DNA from: Eledone cirrhosa
Lineage: Eukaryota
Assembly (NCBI GenBank): GCA_964016885.1
Contig: OZ024759.1
Location: 36,146,001 to 36,210,000, forward strand
Length of the DNA stretch: 64,000 nucleotides
Direction of reading: 5' to 3'
The notes beneath the pieces are model-generated. The model was given only the letters and a program-made list of their open reading frames with translations. It had not been told where the DNA came from and searched no databases. Both the position numbers and the translations under genes were made by a program. Below are positions 31,713 through 45,081 of this stretch, piece after piece; the stretch's first letter is position 1; each line of letters starts with the position of its first letter.

Positions 31713-34210
31713 ATCATCATCACCATCACCCTCATTATCGTCCATATTTCCACACTTGCATGGAATAGAGAGGTCGTGCATGTTATGAGACAAGTCTGGC
31801 CAGTTGGCCGTGCCGTATCTTGCTCAAACGGAACTGTACTTTGGCTGGGAATTTTTACAGCTGGATACCCTCCCTAACACCACCACATTTATAGAACTGG
31901 GTGGCACTATTATGAGGATTCTGGCCTGTTGGCAGCACCATACCCTGCTCCTCACAGCGGAACCATATTTTGGGTGTGTATGTAAATAGGAAAAACAATA
32001 CGTAATGGTAGAAAAGAATTAGTTAGATATTTTTAGGGCTTAACTGTAGCATTTCACAGAACAAAAATGAATGAGGTTGGTTTTTTTCGAGTGAAGTCAG
32101 TCCAAAACAATGTCTTGACATGGGGACAAGAGAGGTGAATGTTTTTTTTATTGAAAATATGCATTTTATCTGTGTGTCCAGAGCTAATATCAAAAGGCAG
32201 ACATAAAATTGAGTGTGTTGATGGATGATGATGTTGAAAGATGCCCCCCGCCGCAAAAAAAAAAGTGACTTAAAAAAGATAAACACAAACCTCCTCCACC
32301 TCCACCTACCTGGTCAACATTTTCCATTTTTAAACCTTCAATTTTTTTCCTTTTCTTCCCCTTGTCCACAACATCCCAAACTTCTACCTTAACAACATCA
32401 TCTGTAGCTTTATAATTCCACTGGATACTAGTTACCTGTAAACAGACACAGAAATACAGATTAATTAAGAACTAATTAAGATCAATTAAGTTTATCATAC
32501 TCTTTTATAGGTATAACATTAGTGATGCATGAATTGAGAGAAAAGCTGGGTATAAGATGAATCAGGTTTAACATGCTGAGAGATGACTGTGATGTGATGT
32601 GTATGGATGAGGAAGAATGGGTGAAGAAGTAGCCAGTGATGCCAGTAGAAGGAAGCTGGAGTAGAGAAAGACCAAGAAAAACCTTGGCAGAGATCATTAG
32701 AGCTGTTTTTCTTAACCAGTATATTTCAGGGTTAAAACCCACTTTTCAAATGTAAAACAAAAACAAACGATATGTTCTTCCTTAACTGGTCCATGGCTCT
32801 CTTATGGTCAGAAAGACAGTCTTACAGCTTATACAGACCAACATAAAACACACACACATACCTCTACACATACCTTCACAGCTCTGTATGGACTAACACA
32901 CACACCCTTATATACACACACATATGCTCACAGCTTCGTACTTACACACACTCACACTCTTAGACTTACATATACACACGCACATCCTCTTAGTTTCGTA
33001 CAGACAAATAACAAACATACACTATATACAAAACGATTTTTTTTTCCTTTTCAGTTAGACACATTTGATCACCACCTCTTAAAACAAGATCATCTTAAAC
33101 AAAACACCTGCATCAACAGTTTTCCAAGAGTTGGCGATGTGAGTACCCCTATTTTTCTCTAGAAACTTTTTTTTCTATTTCTGCCACTGCCCAGTCTCTG
33201 AGTTCAAATCTGGTCAAAGGCAACTTTGGTACTTTATTTTATCGACCTCGAAAGGATGAAATACAGTCAAGTACTCTCAGGTCTTGAATAATCCTGGCAC
33301 TGGATGACACCAGTATGGGAAGGGACAGGCCAAGCATGTAGAATGTAAATAAAACAAAAAAAAAAATAATACCAAATAAATGAGAGAATGAGAAACACTA
33401 CCTGGATCTCCTCTGTCGGGATATATTCCTCTCGGAACTTCATTCCCTGCAGTCGGTAGAATAAACAGGTTTTACCAACATTTCTATCTCCACGGATAAC
33501 AATTTTCACTGGAATAATAACAACAATAATAATATGAATAATAGTAATAATAATAATAATGATTTCTTTATTGACCACAAGGGTTGACATAAAGTATAAC
33601 ATTAAAGATGGCACAAGACGATAAAAATATTAAAATATAATAATTTAAAACAAAAACCCCAAATTTCTAGATAAGTTAACAACTTAGAAGTAAAGCTGAA
33701 ATGTTTGAAAAGTAATGCATAAAAGCAATGTAAATATCTAATATATAGGCTGTCCCCAAAAATGTATACACACTTCAACAGCATTCTAATAAATATTTGT
33801 ATACATTTTTGGGGGACACCCTGTATATCCAATCAAATATATAATTAGTTGAGAGAAGATGAAGTGTGAGATAAGTGTTTGGTAAATAGAGCAATGTCTG
33901 TGGGGTAACAACTTCTTGGTATTGATGGAACCATCAGTTTTAAGTGGTGTGTATGTGTTTGTCTGAATATACATATATATATATATAGACATATATATAT
34001 ACACACACTCATACATGTATATAAATACATATAGACATATACACATGTACATAAATACATATAAACATACAGCCATATATATACACACACACACACTCAC
34101 ACATACATACAGACACACACACACATATATACATACACACACACATATACATACATACACACACACATATACATACACACACATATATATATATATATAT
34201 ATACATACAG

Positions 34211-34252
<42 letters not shown>

Positions 34253-34304
34253 AGACACACACACACACACATATATATATATACATACAGACACACACAC
34301 ACAT

Positions 34305-34366
<62 letters not shown>

Positions 34367-36683
34367 CATTTCCATACAGATCTGATAGACTTTCTAATAA
34401 AAACAAGTTTGATTACTTATTTTTCATTAAAAAAAATAAAAACATGAATATAAATTTAGAAAATAAAAATATATATCTAAAAAAATAATAATAATAACTA
34501 CAGAAAACTAAAGACTGAAAACTGTTTGTTTTTCTCTCTAATTGTGCCTGATAGTCTATTGATCTGGCAGAATATCTGAAGATCTGGTCTGAGAGATAAC
34601 AATATCAGTGACTGCTTAGCAACAGAGAATCACTGTGATATGGTCTGGAATAACTTCAAGGCAATATATATATATATATATATTTGTATAAGATGAGATA
34701 GACAGACAGTTATAAATATTAAGACCATTTCTGTAGAAGAATGTGGCTGCCCAACACAAGTTAGTTAATATCTACCAACTTGAGGTCATCACCTGAGATG
34801 GTAGTTCTACGTACCTCAGGTAGTGGTTCGTTTACCTGAGGTGGTTCTTTTACCTGAGGTGGTTCTTTTACCTGAGGTGGTTCTTTCACATGAAGTGGTT
34901 CTATTACCCGAGGAGGTGGTTCTATTACCTGAGATGGTGGTTCTACCTATCTACGGTGGTTCTATTACCCGAGGAGGTGGTTCTATTACCTGAGATGGTG
35001 GTTCTACCTATCTACGGTGGTTCTATTACCCGAGGAGGTGGTTCTATTACCTGAGATGGTGGTTCTACCTATCTACGGTGGTTCTATTACCCGAGGAGGT
35101 GGTTCTATTACCTGAGATGGTGGTTCTACCTATCTACGGTGGTTCTATTACCCGAGGAGGTGGTTCTATTACCTGAGATGGTGGTTCTACCTATCTACGG
35201 TGGTTCTATTACCCGAGGAGGTGGTTCTATTACCTGAGATGGTGGTTCTACCTATCTACGGTGGTTCTATTACCCGAGGAGGTGGTTCTATTACCTGAGA
35301 TGGTGGTTCTACCTATCTACGGTGGTTCTATTACCCGAGGAGGTGGTTCTATTACCTGAGATGGTGGTTCTACCTATCTACGGTGGTTCTATTACCCGAG
35401 GAGGTGGTTCTATTACCTGAGATGGTGGTTCTACCTATCTACGGTGGTTCTATTACCCGAGGAGGTGGTTCTATTACCTCAGATGGTGGTTCTACCTATC
35501 TACGGTGGTTCTATTACCCAGGATATACAAAATGGAACGTGGTCAGTACAACAGGACACCATACATTGATGTGGTCAGTTTAACAAGATAAATTGGTGTG
35601 GTGATGGCAATCAGACTAGCTGAGAAGGGGGGGGGGGGGTCAGCTAGGATAAGTACAATTTGCAATATTTACTTATGACAGAATTGGTAGAGCCCCCGAT
35701 GAAATGCTGTAGCGCTATTTATCCAAATCCCACTATGGTCAACTTTGTCATTCATCCTAGTGGGGTTGATAAAATGATGATGATGATGATGATGATGAAG
35801 TACCAGTCAAATAATGAGGTTGATTTAATCAACTTTGCCCTTCCTCTAAATTTGCAGGTCTTGTGCCTTAATTCAACATCAATATTTACCTATGGGTAAG
35901 ATAAATATAATATTGCAACGTTTATTTGAGGGTCGGATATGACCCGTGGGCCATAATTTACTTAGCATTAATTTTGAATATGCTGTTTGTTTACTGGCCA
36001 TGCACAGCTGGTGTGTATATAGACCTTGCGGGCTCAGTTAATCAAAGAATTTTATTACACCTAGCTTAAAACCTGATCTGTTAAGGGAAGAGAGTCAATC
36101 AAAGAATCTTCTTACACCTAGCTCACTGGTTCCAAAAGTGGGTTCTGTGGAACCCTTGGCTTCCGTATAGGAGTGTCTGGGGTTCCATGAAAAAAGGTAT
36201 TTATATTACGTCCATATAACAGTATTAGACTTTGGAGTTCCCCCAAAAGTTTCTGAACCATAAAGGGTTCCGTGTTTGAAAAAGTTTTGGAAACCCTGAC
36301 CTAGCTTAAAACCTGATCTGTTTAGGGACGAGAATTAGCAGTAGAAAACTGGGGCAATTATTTGTTACAGATGGTAAAAGATAAACAAGCTTATTAATCT
36401 ACATATTAGCATAATTAAAGATGACTGTCACACTTGTAAATCTACAGGTTCGGTTGAAAACAGAAATTGACAATGATTATTTAATCTGTGATTAAAAATA
36501 GGTTTTTCTTATCTTATTTTTTAAGAAAATAATCCGAACATCTGTTTTAGACTCCTGCGGTTGTGAAGGTTTCGCTCTGGTCATATATTTTGATGTTTTG
36601 TATTTGTGAAGTTCCTAGCGATAGTTTATTGTATTTGCTGTATGTATATATATTTGCGTTTATCAACGACAAAATAAATAAAA

Positions 36684-36740
<57 letters not shown>

Positions 36741-37770
36741 GTGAATAAACTGGGTAGATACCAGTTTCTTACAAATTAAGTCCAACCGTGAGGTGGAAGA
36801 TGAATAGAAAACAGTTTGACACTTGATGAATGAACGGATTTGGAGGGATGTATGTATTACCCGATCAATATTTCAACAATTGGATGAGTAATAGACAAAA
36901 CAGATAGACAGATGGAAATAAGCAGGTCACGGATGAATATAGAAATGTGTGAGGAGAGAGGGTCATTATGTGGGGAATTAACAAATATATAGTAGCCAAC
37001 AATTACCTCAGTGTATTACTGGTACTTTATTTTATCGACCCCTTAAGGATGAAAGGCAAAGCTAACCTCGGCGGGATTTGAATTCAGAATGTAAAGGGCC
37101 GTAACTCAATACTGCAAAGCAAGGTGCCTGACGCTCTACTGATACTGCCAAAGCACCGCCCTCCATATATAATATAAATAAACCAACTGGTAGGGAGAAG
37201 AAATTCGGGTTGGAGTAAATCTTTATTATTGCACCAGTCTCAGAGTCGGGTGTTGCAGGAATTCCCTTGTAATTTTAAGGGTTGATGGGTTTGGTTAGAA
37301 TTTTGAAGGTGAAATTTGTGGGGTTTTTCTTATAATCTTGTCTGTGTTTTAGATGACTATGGCTTTCAAAACCGTCGTAAATTACTTAGGGGTGAGGGTT
37401 GAGGTTACCCCTCATCCGAGATCTCCATAACATCAGTCTTAAAGATGGGTGTAATAATGGTTTCTGGTTGAGACACAAGGACAGCAATTTTGATGGAAGC
37501 GGAAAGTCTATTAAATCGACCCAATGTATTACTGGTACTTTATTATATCGACCCCCGTAAAGATGAAAGGCTGAGCTAACCTCGGTGGGATTTGAACTCA
37601 GAACGTAAAGGACCGTAACTCTATGCTGTGAAGCATGCTGTCCGACCGACGCTCTACCGATTCTGCCAATCCATGTAATAATAATTGTTACTACTTTTGG
37701 CACAAGGCCAGCAATTACCCAGTACATTACTGGTACTTTATTTTATCGACCCCGTATCGATCAATCCATG

Positions 37771-37801
<31 letters not shown>

Positions 37802-37967
37802 TTATCTCCAAGTTCAGATCAATAAACAATAAAGACGATCACTTACTGTTATATTGAACACCTTTGGCGAATTTTCGCTGAAGTTGAGCACCCATCGGTT
37901 GGTGTCCGGGTGGTGTGGGTGGTTTGACGGGGTCATTACTCCCGAGAAGTTTCCGAAACAGAGACAT
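23714..37967 (-). CDS. RABL6: Rab-like protein 6 (RBEL1/PARF), 14 exons, ~753 aa
   Basis: Phase-consistent exons: 37967-37847, 33508-33402, 32435-32310, 31636-31545, 31447-31307, 30309-30204, 29773-29670, 28994-28858, 28162-27872, 27419-27266, 26537-26048, 25553-25469, 24939-24848, 23929-23714. Hallmark peptides: [80 protein letters not shown], a Lys-rich tail and C-terminal GEDYESL*. Confidence 0.95.
25605..25880. repeat. Degenerate tandem repeat (ATGTCATATCTCACA-type)
   Basis: Recurrent GTCATATCTCACA/GTTATAT motifs leading into a piggyBac-type MITE right end at ~25880-26025. Confidence 0.7.
26629..26831. mobile_element. piggyBac-type MITE
   Basis: TTAACCCTTTAGCATTTAAA...AATGTTAAAGGGTTAA. 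Confidence 0.75.
28320..28730 (+). mobile_element. RTE-clade LINE fragment
   Basis: Remnants [53 protein letters not shown] and MLHGSET. Confidence 0.75.
29270..29392 (-). mobile_element. tRNA-derived SINE (second family, GTGAAATAAAGTGTCTTGCTCAAGGA core)
   Basis: tRNA-like head with GTTCGATTCCC B-box on the minus strand. Other copies at ~7250-7375, 55540-55750, 56090-56400 and 57460-57795. Confidence 0.7.
33745..33826. mobile_element. Short Tc1/mariner-type MITE (~80 bp)
   Basis: TA-flanked TIRs (CAGGGTGTCCCCCAAAAATGTATACA). Copies at ~14454-14520 and ~45078-45148. Confidence 0.6.
33965..34362. repeat. (TA)n/(CA)n microsatellite
   Basis: Directly visible. Confidence 0.9.
34835..35520. repeat. 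61-bp higher-order minisatellite x~10 (21+21+19 subunits)
   Basis: Unit GGTGGTTCTATTACCCGAGGA/GGTGGTTCTATTACCTGAGAT/GGTGGTTCTACCTATCTAC. Simpler 18-bp monomers lie at 34835-34895. Confidence 0.95.
36124..36298. mobile_element. hAT (Charlie-like) MITE with 8-bp TSD
   Basis: TIRs CACTGGTTCCAAAAGT...AGTTTTGGAAACCCTG. TSD ACCTAGCT at 36116-36123 and 36299-36306. Confidence 0.85.
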
Positions 37968-38586
37968 ACTGCTGTGTGTGTATATATCGATATATAGATA
38001 TATAGATATATATATAGATAGATCTATCTATATATATTTATGTATTCGAGAATATCTGGGGTTTTTCTTTTCTTTTTCAATTATTTTAGAACTATTTTCC
38101 TTTTACTTTTGAAAAATTATGTTGTGCTTCCTGCATTATATATATATATAATGTATTGAGTACCTTACTTACTGTGGTTGCCCCTCATTGAACCCAGGAC
38201 TCATATATACATATGTATATATGTATGTATGTGTGTGTGTGTATATATATATAAAGATGCACTGAAACGTCAGCGAATGTTCAGAGTGTCATATTAAGGC
38301 CATCAACCACTTCCAGATAGAGTAAACATGGTGTTTTTGTTTTTTTTAGTATGATCACAAATCACAGTTTTCGCTATTTAATTCCTCTTATTTCCTCTCT
38401 GTCTCCTGTCTATAACCTATTTCCGTTATCTTCTGTGGCAATGTGTCAAAAAAGAGCAACAGGGTAACTGGAGAACTGATATAGAGTCAAAAAAACACAC
38501 ATACAAATGTCTCATTATATTTTTCTTCATGACCACACATTATAACTGGGAATTTATCAAAGTGTTTCTTTGTTTATATATATATA

Positions 38587-38618
<32 letters not shown>

Positions 38619-39629
38619 AATGTGTGTGTATATATGGAGAAAAAGAAAGAGAGATGGGGTGTTCCAAGCAAGCTTGGCAGGTCTCACATTATGGATGGTT
38701 TAAAGAAAGCACAGACACATCCATATATATATAAATATATATATATTTATAAAGACGAGAGACAGAGGGACATACGCGTAAAATATCTTATGAATCCAGA
38801 CGCATTGGAACAAATGAATGTTTGGAGAAAAATATTTGACGAAGTGTCATTGGTACTATCAATCCAGTCTGTTTAGAAATCCTTAGAATCAATAAATACA
38901 GAAAGATTATTGTTTGTTTTTCTCTCCCAGATTTCTTCGGCATTACATTGTGTTAAAAATAATATATATTTTTTGCTAGTTATATATATATATTTGTGAG
39001 GAATAATCTCCGCTGTTTAGCACATTATTTGTGTCACCAGCCAAATACTTGGTGGCATTAGACAAACCTTTTCTCTCAAACAAATTATATTTCGTCATCG
39101 GGTTGCAGTAAAATATTGAAATCGTTCCAACGAAACGAAACAAACCAGCTCGTCATATTAACATACTTCACAACTTTAATACGGAAGATTTTTATATATA
39201 TAAACACACACATACATACATACATATATATATTTATATATATATGTATGTATTTCAGATGATCCCGTAATAGGGTGATAGCAGAGGTTCTTTGCTTAAA
39301 CTTTAATCTGTACTAATAATAAATATTTGTTCTACGTGTTTATATATCTATATATATACAATCCTTATCGGGCCCTCTTCGGATTTTGGTCTTCATAATT
39401 ATTATTACAACACACACACACATTTATATAAATAGATATATATATATATGTGTGTATGTGTATTTAGATCTATCGATTTAAAAATTCATATAATTTCTTT
39501 GATTATTTCACCTTCAATGTGCGATTGCTATCAATGTAAAAACACAAAAATAATTTTTATTAAGTTTAAGTTTAAGTATAGATGATTTATATTTATATTT
39601 TCTTCTAACAAGTAAATATTGTCAAAACG
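37968..39629. promoter_or_regulatory. Putative bidirectional promoter region between divergent RABL6 and DARS2
   Basis: Start codons at 37967 (-) and 39630 (+) face away from each other, 1.66 kb apart. The DARS2 start lies in an ATGGCGG (YY1-like) context. Confidence 0.5.
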
Positions 39630-42600
39630 ATGGCGGGATGTGTGAAAAGCTCGCTATTACAACATGTGAGAAAATTAAATTTATTCAGTTTCAGAAATGG
39701 AATAAACATTACTTCGATGCCTAAACTTCGTAAGTAATTAAGTAATTTATAATCTATCGAAATTATTCTAATGAAATAATTAATCCTCTAGAATGCTAAG
39801 TATTTGTGACCGGTGATTGTTAAAAATAATGCTTAAAACCACGAGACTAATTCCTAACACAATCAGAAAATTCGCGTAATTTATTTCTTGAACATATAAT
39901 TAACTTTTTAAATTATAATTACATTGTTAATTATTATTACTGCATTCCGTAATATATATATTATGTCTGGCTGTTGAAACGGCAAGAACTCAGCCGTCGG
40001 GGGTTTCGATTCTTTATAATATAACCATACTCTACCACCCCTGAGTATCGAGTACTCTGTTAAGTAATGGTCTAACTAGTTTCAGATTGAATCCATCCTG
40101 CATTATATATCGGTAGAGGGCTGGACGCTATGCTTTCTAGCATAGTTACGTTTATTTACGGTCTGAGTTCAAATCCTGTCGAGGTTAACTTTGCCTTTCA
40201 TCCTTACGGGGTCGATAAAATAAAGTACCAGTAATGTACTGAGTTATTGCTGGCCTTGTGCCAAAATTAGAAACAATTATATATATATATATATATAGTC
40301 ATAGTCGAACTTGTGACTAGAACGGGCATAGCTTCGGTCGTTATATATAGACTATCACATTGTAACTGCTTCTATGTACTATATTAGTATAGAATAGTTA
40401 CATTCCTAATTATTATCGTTACTCTATTGTAATTGCAAGCATTTCTCAATTAAAATGCGGGCGCTACACGTGTGTTTTGTCAATGTTAAAGCTTTTAGAA
40501 TTACTGCAGGATGTTTTCTTTAGTTGAGTCTGTGACATTAATTGAATGACATTAAGGGGAGGTGACTCTGAAGCACCCACCAAGGTGGCCAATTGACGGG
40601 GTCGTTAGAACGTCCGATTGAATGCTGTGTCCTGTTCGTTCCGGTTCTCTGAGGAGTTCCAATCCAGTCGAGGTCAGCTTCGCCTTTCAAGGTCAATTAA
40701 AACAAAAAGTCCCAGACTAGTACTGGGGTCGATTCTTCCTCTCCTTCTTTGGAAGAAATTGTCCAGAAATAGCCAGACCCGGAGAGAGTTTAGGTTCCTC
40801 CAGGGTTTTAAAATTGCCAAGAAATGTTGTTTTCCATGTCTCAGCGTCATTTGACTCAATTTTCTCAACTTTTATTAAAATAATAAATAATAATAATGGA
40901 AACTATTGTGTACAATTCTCAGGTGCACTACAACTCATCAAAGGCGCATGTATAGTACTAGAATAATGTACAAATGTCAAGAAAATGAACAGTGTATATA
41001 CACAGATACACCACATCACACACACATACACGTGTGTGTGGAGGCTAAATATCAGGTGTAGCGTTGGCGAATTTCAGGAAGCATTGAGGTTTTAAGGATG
41101 CAGTGTCTTGACAGCTAACAACTGATGCAGGTAGTTTATTCCATGGAAGTTTTAAAGGATGCAGTGTCTCGACAGCTAACAACTGATGCATGTAGTTTAT
41201 TCCATGGAGGTTTTAAAGGATGCAGTGTCTCGACAGCTAACAACTGATGCAGGTAGTTTATTCCATAGAGGTTTTAAAGGATGCAGTGTCTTGACAGCTA
41301 ACAACTGATGCAGGTAGTTTATTCCATGGAGGTTTTAAAGGATGCAGTGTCTTGACAGCTAACAACTGATGCAGGTAGTTTATTCCATGGAGGTTTTAAA
41401 GGATGCAGTGTCTTGACAGCTAACAACTGATGCAGGTAGTTTATTCCATGGAGGTTTTAAAGGATGCAGTGTCTCGACAGCTAACAACTGATGCAGGTAG
41501 TTTATTCCATGGGGGTTTTAAAGGATGAAGTGTCTCGACAGCTAACAACTGATGCAGGTAGTTTATTCCATGGAGGTTTTAAAGAATGCAGTGTCGCAAT
41601 AGCTAACAACTGATGCAGGTAGTTTATTCCATGGAGGTTTTAAAGGATGCAGTGTCTCGACAGCTAACAACTGATGCAGGGAGTTTGTTCCATGGAGGTT
41701 TTAAAGGATGCAGTGTCTCGACAGCTAACAACTGATGCAGGGAGTTTGTTCCATGGAGGTTTTAAAGGATGCAGTGTCTCGACAGCTAACAACTGATGCA
41801 GGCAGTTTGTTCCATGGAGGTTTTAAAGGATGCAGTGTCTCGACAGCTAACAACTGATCTTGGTAGTTTGTTCCATGGAGGTTTTAAAGGATGCAGTGTC
41901 TCGACAGCTAACAACTGATGCAGGCAGTTTGTTCCATGGAGGTTTTAAAGGATGCAGTGTCTCGACAGCTAACAACTGATGTTGGTAGTTTGTTCCATGG
42001 AGGTTTTAAAGGATGCAGTGTCTTGGCAGTAAACAACAGATGCAGGCAGTTTGTTCCATGCTTCAGCAACTCTGAGCACGAAAAATGTTTTCTCACATAT
42101 TATTCATAGTGATTAACTATTAATAAAGTTATTTTTTTACGTTTGTGACTCTCACATTTTCAAATGTCAAACATTCCCACTGCTTCAATAATTTATAAGG
42201 TTTGTGTGTTAATTTAATAACAATATTGCTTTGTAAATGTTTACGACATGTTATTGAAGCAGATGGAACAAAATATAAAACATTGGAATTTAAAACATTT
42301 CACTTTTATTTGTTGAGTTAATAGGTTACACTGTGCGTGTGTGACAGTATATTTGTATTTCTATGGCTGAATATATATATATATATCATCATCACCATCA
42401 TCGTTTAACGTCTATCTTCCATGCTAGCATGGGTTTAGACGGGAATTGTCCCACGTGAGGCAAGATTGGTTGTCTTGCTCGTATAGGACTGTCTGGCGGG
42501 TTTTCTACGGTCGGATGCCCTTCCTAACACCAACCACGTTTACAGTGTGGACTGGGAGGTTTTTATCGTGTTACCTACACGGCCACATTACAGCGTGGAC

Positions 42601-42916
42601 TGTGTGTTTTTTTGTTGTGACACCTACACGACCTCATTTATTTAGGACTGGATGTTATATATATGTATATAATTCTTACAGATACGTCCAGTCCGTTTAT
42701 CAGATGAAATATATATATATATATATATAATAATTATCTCATCTGATAAATGGACTGGACATATCTCTAAGAATTGTCTAGTTTCTTGAAACCTTTGGTA
42801 ATGGAATAATGTTTATTATGTAATAAAATAGCTCTGTACAATACATAGAGCACTCTTCTTTCCTTTACCTTTTCTATGGAAATACTTAACACACACACAC
42901 ACATACATACATACAT

Positions 42917-42953
<37 letters not shown>

Positions 42954-45050
42954 GTATAATTCAAATTTAACTTGGAAATAAGTTTAATTATTTGGAAGCC
43001 CGACAATGCGTGTGAGATTATAATGGACGATAAATCCGAAAATATTTAGAATTACTAAGGCAAAATTCTACCGTTCTCACTCTTTTTTCGGTTCTTTTGT
43101 CCTATTTTCTCTAATTCTTATTACCTTGGCACTTATAATCTCGCACGCATTGTCAGGCTTCCAAATATTTAAACTTATTTCCTAGTTAAATTTGTATTTC
43201 TTATTCCACAATGCTTCAAGTAAACTACAATACTCTGTTATATATATATATTTGTTTTGCAAGGATGTTGATATGAAATTGTGTGTTGAAACAGATATTG
43301 TTATAGAAACACAATACTCTCCATCCAAATCCACATTACCAGCACTGCCAGTTTACTGGGTGGACTGGGTGATATTTATCATGGCACCAGCACTGCCAGT
43401 TTACAGAGTGGACTGGGTGCTATTTATCATGGGACCAGCACTGCCAGTTTACAGAGTGGACTGGGTGCTATTTATCATGGCACCAGCACTGCCAGTTTAC
43501 AGAGTGGACTGGGTGCTATTTGTCATGGCACCAGCACTGCTAGTTTACAGGGCGGACAGGGTGCTATTTATCATGGTACCACCATTGCCAGTTTACAGGG
43601 TGGACAGGGTGCTATTTTATGGAGGGAAGGAAAAATACATTGGATAATGTATGATTAGAAAACAAAAAAAAACTACAGCCAGATGTTTCCTGTTGGAATA
43701 CCTTTGATCTTGGTTAATAATTAACTTGGAATTTTTCAAAGTTTAAGAATATATTTTTTTTTTCAAATGTCAAAATGTTTGTTGTTGTTTCAGGAATGGT
43801 GAGCAGTTATTTAAGGTCACGTACTCATTTGTGTGGAGAACTTAACTTGGATGATGCCGGTAAAACTGTGGTTCTGTGTGGTTGGCTCCAGTACAAGAGG
43901 TTAGACCAATTCCTGTTACTAAGAGACTGGCAAGGAATAACGCAAATTCTCATCCCAGCAGAAAAGGTAAAATAGGATCTGTTGAAACACTTAAACACTA
44001 CATCATCATCATCATCATTAGCAGCATTATGTCATAATAATAATAATAATACTTTTATGTGGGGGGTAATCAATTAAATCGACTTCAGTGTATTACTGGT
44101 ACTTTATTTAATTGACCCCGTAAGGATGAAAGGCAAAGTTGACCTCGACGGGATTGCCTTTCATCCTTACGGGGTTGATAAAATAAAGTACCAGTAATAC
44201 ACTGGGTAATTGCTGGCCTTGTGCCAAAAGTAGAAACAATTATTTTATAATTAAAATAATGCTGGAAGATTTAAATATAAATTTAAACTGTATAAAATAG
44301 TTGAGTTTTTCTCGATGGAGGCAGAAAGTTTGAGGTGTAGCTGGTAATGAAAGGGTTAAATTTAATATAGAGTTTCGGTATTTCTTTTGTCATTATTAGC
44401 AAGAGAGCCTTCATCCTGTCATTTCAAATTTACCTTTGGAATCAGTAGTTGAAGTCCATGGCACTGTTGTATCACGACCAAAACAACAACAAAATGATGT
44501 AAGTACCTTTACTGTTTTTTTATTGGTCTCAGTCATTAGACAGTTTGAAAGGGATTGAGGTGATTGTATCGATTCCAAGTACTTATTTTGTCAATCACTT
44601 TTTGTCAAACTATTAAGTTCTACTGTTTCTTCGCCCACTTATTCCTGAGAGGGTCGTGGGTGTAAAGTCCTCAAGCACTCCTTCCAGAGGGTCCTGTCAG
44701 TAGCAACCATCTCCAACTGATCTAGCTGGATTCCCAAGCAAGACCAGCCAAGCTCATGGATGTTATCCAACCATCTTGCTCGGAGTTTACACCTGAGTCA
44801 ATTGTTGTTCTTCTTATTGGTGATATTGTTAGTGTTGTTGTTGCTATTGCTGTTGTTGTTGTTTTCAATTCTTCACAAAATGTTGTTGTTTCTTCAGAAA
44901 ATGCTGACAGGGAATATTGAAGTGAAACTCTCTGAGATTCTTGTCTTGAATTCTTGCCGAACTAAATTACCATTCCAGATGAAGAAGTTCCATGAGGTTA
45001 TATTATATTTAGATATTTCGTTACATATATATGTATATATATATATTATA

Positions 45051-45081
<31 letters not shown>

